Below are positions 27,152 to 30,773 of a stretch of 30,773 nt of DNA, piece after piece; position 1 is the stretch's first letter, and every line of letters starts with the position of its first letter. The notes beneath the pieces were generated by a model. That model was not told where the DNA came from, did no database searches, and saw nothing but the letters and a program-made list of their open reading frames with translations. The stretch is taken from positions 1-30,773 of the IMG/VR virus record IMGVR_UViG_3300037423_000302, one strand, 5' to 3'. The DNA is from a virus. Its lineage: Duplodnaviria; Caudoviricetes. A program made the position numbers and the translations under genes.

Positions 27152-27976
27152 CTACCACATAGTTTTAATTTCACCATACCTTTTAATCAAGTAATCTACT
27201 AGCGGCTCATTTGGGTTTTGCTCACTGTCTGGATTAAGTGCCAATGCGTGTAATTCGTTTAGGAACTGATGAACTGTTATTCCCTTAGTTTTCAGTTTAC
27301 GATTTACTTCTTTCCATTGAAGCACTGGGGTACCACAACATTCGTAGAAAGCATCCCATAGTTCCTTATCTACATGATAACACAATTGAAACATACCTTC
27401 TATAACTTTTACTGTATTACCTTGTGCCCCTTTGTCCCATATACGCTGTGGGAAAATAGACTGACCTAGGGTAAGAAAATTGAATTGATAACAGAATGTA
27501 TTCATCTTTGCATTCACTGGCATAGCGGCTCTTGCAACCTGTGGAGTTTCTCCTATTTTTAATAATTTTTTGTAATTATCCATTGATTCTGAAATATAAC
27601 TATCCACTAGTTCTGGATATTTTACTTTATCAGATGGAGTTACATAATCATTTGAAGTCAAAGCACGATTGCCACCAGCTACCCGCATGTCACGTGTGGT
27701 GTAAGTGATGATGTGGTCATAAACTTCTTTAGACACATCAATGAATTCAAATTCCACATGCTCTCCTCTGAATATCTCAGGTACATGTCCTTTACGAAGG
27801 ATGGACAAAGGACGCCTAATGTTGTATCTATCTTCTTTTCCTAGGTAGATTGCCGCATTTTTAGCAAGCCGCTTACGGTCTGGGTCTGTGTATAATGACA
27901 TCCTAATTGAAAACGTGTCACCGATATACACCCAACATTCTGTACTTTCTTCAAACATAATTCTTGCTCCACTCAT
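27152..27976 (-). CDS. Divergent ThyX-like (flavin-dependent thymidylate synthase fold) protein
   Basis: GH...FEFIDVSKEV, YKKLL..G...QVARAAMP, NF..L...R....AQ follow the ThyX layout, but the RHRx7SxR motif is replaced. Confidence 0.65.
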   Translation of the reverse strand: MSGARIMFEESTECWVYIGDTFSIRMSLYTDPDRKRLAKNAAIYLGKEDRYNIRRPLSILRKGHVPEIFRGEHVEFEFIDVSKEVYDHIITYTTRDMRVAGGNRALTSNDYVTPSDKVKYPELVDSYISESMDNYKKLLKIGETPQVARAAMPVNAKMNTFCYQFNFLTLGQSIFPQRIWDKGAQGNTVKVIEGMFQLCYHVDKELWDAFYECCGTPVLQWKEVNRKLKTKGITVHQFLNELHALALNPDSEQNPNEPLVDYLIKRYGEIKTMW

Positions 27977-28467
27977 TTGAACACCTTCCCTTTATTAAAT
28001 TTATTAAAGTACAAGTCGTGCCTTAATGCGTCCCGTTTGTGCATGTTGGTTTCTTCACCCTTGTAGTAATACTTTTGTCCTTTACGTACTACAATTCCTG
28101 CACGAATGAGTATTGCGTCTGCATGACGTTGTTTTGTACTTGGGTCTTGTAAAAATGTAGGTATGTTCATTTCATAACAGACCATTTCCAGATAACCAAT
28201 TAATTGCGGTGTTTCTAGTGAACTACCAGTCTGCTCTTTTGATTTATGTCCAAACAATCTATAAGACTCAATAACTACTACATCCGGGAATGTGGTCTCA
28301 ATCAATTCCTTATGGGCAAACCAATACGCATTGCGGCTTTTGTAACTTTCTGCTTTAATATCCCCTAGTTTAGATGGCAAGTGACCATCTAAACTAATGG
28401 AATATCCTGTAGTTCCAAACCCTTCTGTGTAGTTGCCGCTGGGGTCAAATGCCAAGACCTTTACCAT
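27973..28467 (-). CDS. RuvC-like Holliday junction resolvase
   Basis: Start moved to ATG 28467 (GGAGGT SD, 8 nt). VLAFDPSG...TTG, PDVVVIE, HKRDA acidic catalytic pattern. Confidence 0.8.
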   Translation of the reverse strand: MVKVLAFDPSGNYTEGFGTTGYSISLDGHLPSKLGDIKAESYKSRNAYWFAHKELIETTFPDVVVIESYRLFGHKSKEQTGSSLETPQLIGYLEMVCYEMNIPTFLQDPSTKQRHADAILIRAGIVVRKGQKYYYKGEETNMHKRDALRHDLYFNKFNKGKVFK

Positions 28468-28720
28468 AAATCCATACCTCCGATACCGTTTGATGATTGG
28501 AAAATCTATGTTTGAGGAAATTAATATCATCTGTTGCCATAAGACTGTTTTCATCCCATCCCTCAAACCATAATACTTTTGTTTTTTCTTTATCTAATCC
28601 GTAACATTCATGTGGATAACCAGCCCTATAATAAGCATATTCAGTACGATTAAATCCTCGGTTCCTTAAATACGTAGCATACTGACTAAAGTTAGCGGCA
28701 ACTACGATGGCTTTAATCAT
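28445..28720 (-). CDS. Hypothetical protein
   Basis: AAAGGAG SD; overlaps the downstream start. Confidence 0.7.
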   Translation of the reverse strand: MIKAIVVAANFSQYATYLRNRGFNRTEYAYYRAGYPHECYGLDKEKTKVLWFEGWDENSLMATDDINFLKHRFSNHQTVSEVWIYGKGLGI

Positions 28721-28721
28721 C

Positions 28722-28844
28722 TTAATACTCCTTTTCTATCTCAATTACTAAAAATCCTAAAAAAATACCAAATGATTTGTAAGATTTATCATAAATGACT
28801 CCAACTAAGAAATGTTCCCAGTTCCATCCGAATCTGGCTACCAT
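28722..28844 (-). CDS. Small hypothetical protein (40 aa, MVARFGWNWEHFLVGVIYDK...)
   Basis: Not in ORF track. GGGGTGA SD, first gene after a promoter, stop 1 nt before the next ATG. Confidence 0.6.
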   Translation of the reverse strand: MVARFGWNWEHFLVGVIYDKSYKSFGIFLGFLVIEIEKEY

Positions 28845-28873
28845 TCACTCACCCCATTTACCTATTTGAAAGT

Positions 28874-28902
28874 AGTATAACATACAACATATGACATAGC
28901 AA
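28874..28902 (-). promoter_or_regulatory. sigmaA promoter for the leftward DNA-metabolism block
   Basis: TTGCTA - 17 bp - TATACT with extended -10 TG. Confidence 0.7.
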
Positions 28903-28925
28903 TAAAATTCATGCCACATACAGGA

Positions 28926-28953
28926 AACTTTTTGGATGGTAGTGCATATAGTT
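28926..28953 (+). promoter_or_regulatory. sigmaK/sigmaE-like (mother-cell) promoter candidate
   Basis: AC (28927-8) - 16 bp - CATATAGT fits AC...CATAnnnT; directly before the SD of the cassette; I saw no sigmaA match on this strand. Confidence 0.45.
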
Positions 28954-28973
28954 TAGTAAAGGGGGTTGCTACC

Positions 28974-29126
28974 ATGGTAGTAAAGATAAACGGCAAACCG
29001 ATTCAAGTCAAAGAGGATGAAGCAAAGGACATTGATTGGATTCTGCTTGCTCTGACCGTCATTGGCTATGGACTAATTTTCTGGATTGTTCGCTTGGCAT
29101 TTGTAACTTTTGTGGGGGTGCTGTAA
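28974..29126 (+). CDS. Small membrane protein (50 aa)
   Basis: Start moved to ATG 28974 (AAAGGGGG SD); hydrophobic C-terminal half; TAATG coupling to the ATPase. Confidence 0.75.
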   Translation: MVVKINGKPIQVKEDEAKDIDWILLALTVIGYGLIFWIVRLAFVTFVGVL

Positions 29127-30349
29127 TGTGGTGGAAAAAGAAACATCCTTTAGTTCGGAGAATGCTTAACGTATTGCTGGAGAAAAAATTTGATGGCGGC
29201 TGGATTAACAAAGTGTACAGAGAAGGGGATGTCCTATATGCAAACGTTTATCTACCAGAACAAAAAGAACTTTCGGACTTGGAGAAAATATTACCGAATT
29301 TGCAACAGGAAGTTGGAGCCACAGCGGTCAAACTGGGGAAAATAAGCGGCAAGCGTGTGGAGATTAAATTTGGAATGCGGGAACTAACGGAGATTAAATT
29401 CAATGAATCCTCCCTAGTTCCCAACAGCCTTAAATTAAAATTCCCATCTGCCTACGGGGAAGCGGTATTAGATTTTGAGGACGGAGCAAGCTGTCACATG
29501 CTCAATGGCGGGGTCACACGTATGGGAAAGACCTGTTTCCTACTGTTCCTAGCCACAAGCATTTACATTCAAAATGAGGGCAATGTAGGGCTTTATATCA
29601 GTAGTGCCAAACTAAAAGATTATTACCCGTTTGAGGGATTGCCGGGAGTGGAAATGACACGTGATGTTGAGTCCATGGAACGTATGTTAGAAGAAATCAT
29701 AACTGAATACAAATTTAGAGACTCAATGTTATACTCTAGTTTCCTCAACAAAGCTACAGACGCAAAGAGTGTTCGTAAACTATACCCACAATATTATCAC
29801 CTATTCAAACCAATCTTTTTAATCATTGACGAATATGCCCGTTTTGCTGAATCCAAAAATGTACAGCAGATGGTCACTGAAATTGTAGAAACGGCTGGAT
29901 TTGTTAATATCCACGTCATACTAGCCAGCCAAAGACCTGACGCTTCTACCGTATTAAGACCACGAATTAGGGCAAACATGCTATGTAGAATGGCATTCAC
30001 AACCGCAGACAGGAAGAACAGTGAAGTCATACTTGACCGGGAAGGAGCAGAGAAACTAGGGAAAATAGCAGGGAGGGGAATGCTACTTGATTCAGATTTA
30101 CATGTCATACAGGTTCCTTATTTAGATGTAGTAGACTGTGACAAATTATTGGAGGTCTATAGGAATGAACAAAGTAGAACGGGACAATGTAGTATTGGAA
30201 ATGGTGACGAAATTCAAAGTATGCTCAAGGAACCAACTGGCATGGATGGTATGCCGCCAGAACAGCAACCCAATCAACGTGGTGAACAGGGTATTGAAAC
30301 GTATGACGTTGAATGGCTGTTTAACCCAGATTCAGAGGGAAAGGGATAA
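29126..30349 (+). CDS. FtsK/SpoIIIE-family (coupling-protein-like) ATPase, 407 aa
   Basis: Start moved to ATG 29126 (GGGGGTG SD). Walker A GGVTRMGKT, Walker B LIIDE, ASQRPD, GAEKL...GRG; no TM segment or gamma domain. Confidence 0.9.
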   Translation: MWWKKKHPLVRRMLNVLLEKKFDGGWINKVYREGDVLYANVYLPEQKELSDLEKILPNLQQEVGATAVKLGKISGKRVEIKFGMRELTEIKFNESSLVPNSLKLKFPSAYGEAVLDFEDGASCHMLNGGVTRMGKTCFLLFLATSIYIQNEGNVGLYISSAKLKDYYPFEGLPGVEMTRDVESMERMLEEIITEYKFRDSMLYSSFLNKATDAKSVRKLYPQYYHLFKPIFLIIDEYARFAESKNVQQMVTEIVETAGFVNIHVILASQRPDASTVLRPRIRANMLCRMAFTTADRKNSEVILDREGAEKLGKIAGRGMLLDSDLHVIQVPYLDVVDCDKLLEVYRNEQSRTGQCSIGNGDEIQSMLKEPTGMDGMPPEQQPNQRGEQGIETYDVEWLFNPDSEGKG

Positions 30350-30725
30350 ACCATACCTTTACATGCCCAATCCTACCCTAATCCATCCCAGAACGGTAAA
30401 AATTGACCACTATCTTAAAATCGTAGACTGTTACATTCACTTTGGTTGCCCGGATGTATTTGAGGTAGAACCCGCATACAAAACTTATAACCCAGATGTA
30501 TATATGAAAGACAGGAAGGGGAATGCTATCTGTGTGGAGGTACAGATTACTCCAATCAGCACCAAGAAAATGCAGACTAAGATTGACCAGTTTGTAAGCA
30601 CATACGGTAAGGGGCATGACGCAAAAATCATGCTCCTAATCTCTAATCAAGAATACCATAAGGTAGTCATGCCGCCATCCTTTAAGTTGGTTAGAATCCC
30701 AATACCCAAAGAACCGTATGTATAA
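30165..30725 (+). CDS. Replication-relaxation (Replic_Relax) family protein, wHTH plus PD-(D/E)xK-like domain
   Basis: Start moved to ATG 30165 (GGAGGT SD). RD..VL...SRNQL...NRVLKRM, DHYL, PDVY, VEVQ, KI..F motifs; typical neighbour of this ATPase. Confidence 0.8.
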   Translation: MNKVERDNVVLEMVTKFKVCSRNQLAWMVCRQNSNPINVVNRVLKRMTLNGCLTQIQRERDKPYLYMPNPTLIHPRTVKIDHYLKIVDCYIHFGCPDVFEVEPAYKTYNPDVYMKDRKGNAICVEVQITPISTKKMQTKIDQFVSTYGKGHDAKIMLLISNQEYHKVVMPPSFKLVRIPIPKEPYV

Positions 30726-30760
30726 AAAAGTGACCGTACCACATGGATACGGTCAATTTT
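30724..30760. terminator. Bidirectional terminator closing the cassette
   Basis: AAAAAAG-TGACCGTA-N9-TACGGTCA-ATTTT. Confidence 0.7.
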
Positions 30761-30773
30761 AATGGGGTTTTCA

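Larger units (their letters stand above)
49..30064. repeat. Dispersed asymmetric motif family, consensus (T)TCCCTAGTTCC
   Basis: Exact CCCTAGTT at 2716, 3958, 8854, 8870, 12008, 13091, 17192, 21060, 22932, 26105, 28363, 29412; reverse AACTAGGG at 7219, 17366, 21035, 30054; many one-base variants. Confidence 0.85.

Noticed and set aside
24553-29227. SpoIIIE SRS octamer GAGAAGGG at 24553 and 29220
   Set aside because: Only two copies noticed, one part of an SD region; compatible with chance.
49-30064. Dispersed motif as CRISPR repeats or IS ends
   Set aside because: Too short, irregularly spaced, mostly intragenic, with no cas or transposase gene.
28911-30164. Longest-ORF starts at 28911, 29036, 30138 (also 1000, 8905, 28566)
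   Set aside because: Downstream starts have proper SD spacing or stop-start coupling; the extensions overlap promoters or other genes.
3960-30617. Numerous antisense and off-frame ORFs inside long genes (e.g. 8949-9518, 7703-8122, 19721-20137, 29797-30108)
   Set aside because: Shadows of biased real genes; no SD or recognisable motifs.

Overview
About 31 kb of a tailed dsDNA phage of a spore-forming Bacillaceae-type host (AGGAGG Shine-Dalgarno sites, sigmaA promoters, Amidase_3 endolysin, YozD- and XkdW-like genes). The gene set is podovirus-like: no tape measure or tail tube, but an adaptor, a nozzle and large ejection proteins. Layout: leftward small early genes (1-1576); a ~1.4 kb non-coding control region (1580-3000); a rightward packaging, head, tail, ejection and lysis module (3003-25819); a convergent leftward DNA-metabolism block (DUF3310, PhoH, YozD, divergent ThyX, RuvC-like); and a rightward cassette of membrane peptide, FtsK/SpoIIIE-like ATPase and replication-relaxation protein. 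Most notable: (1) a dispersed asymmetric motif (T)TCCCTAGTTCC, 16 exact 8-mer cores plus variants, mostly inside genes; (2) two GC-rich multi-stem candidate ncRNAs on the minus strand, each behind a sigmaA-like promoter; (3) a likely -1 frameshift appending NlpC/P60 and lysozyme-fold domains to an ejection protein; (4) two inverted accessory inserts with sporulation-sigma-like promoters, suggesting a system for getting phage DNA into spores; (5) a ThyX lacking its signature motif and a possible Acb4-like sponge. All family calls are from motif recognition and all counts are by hand; no searches were run.
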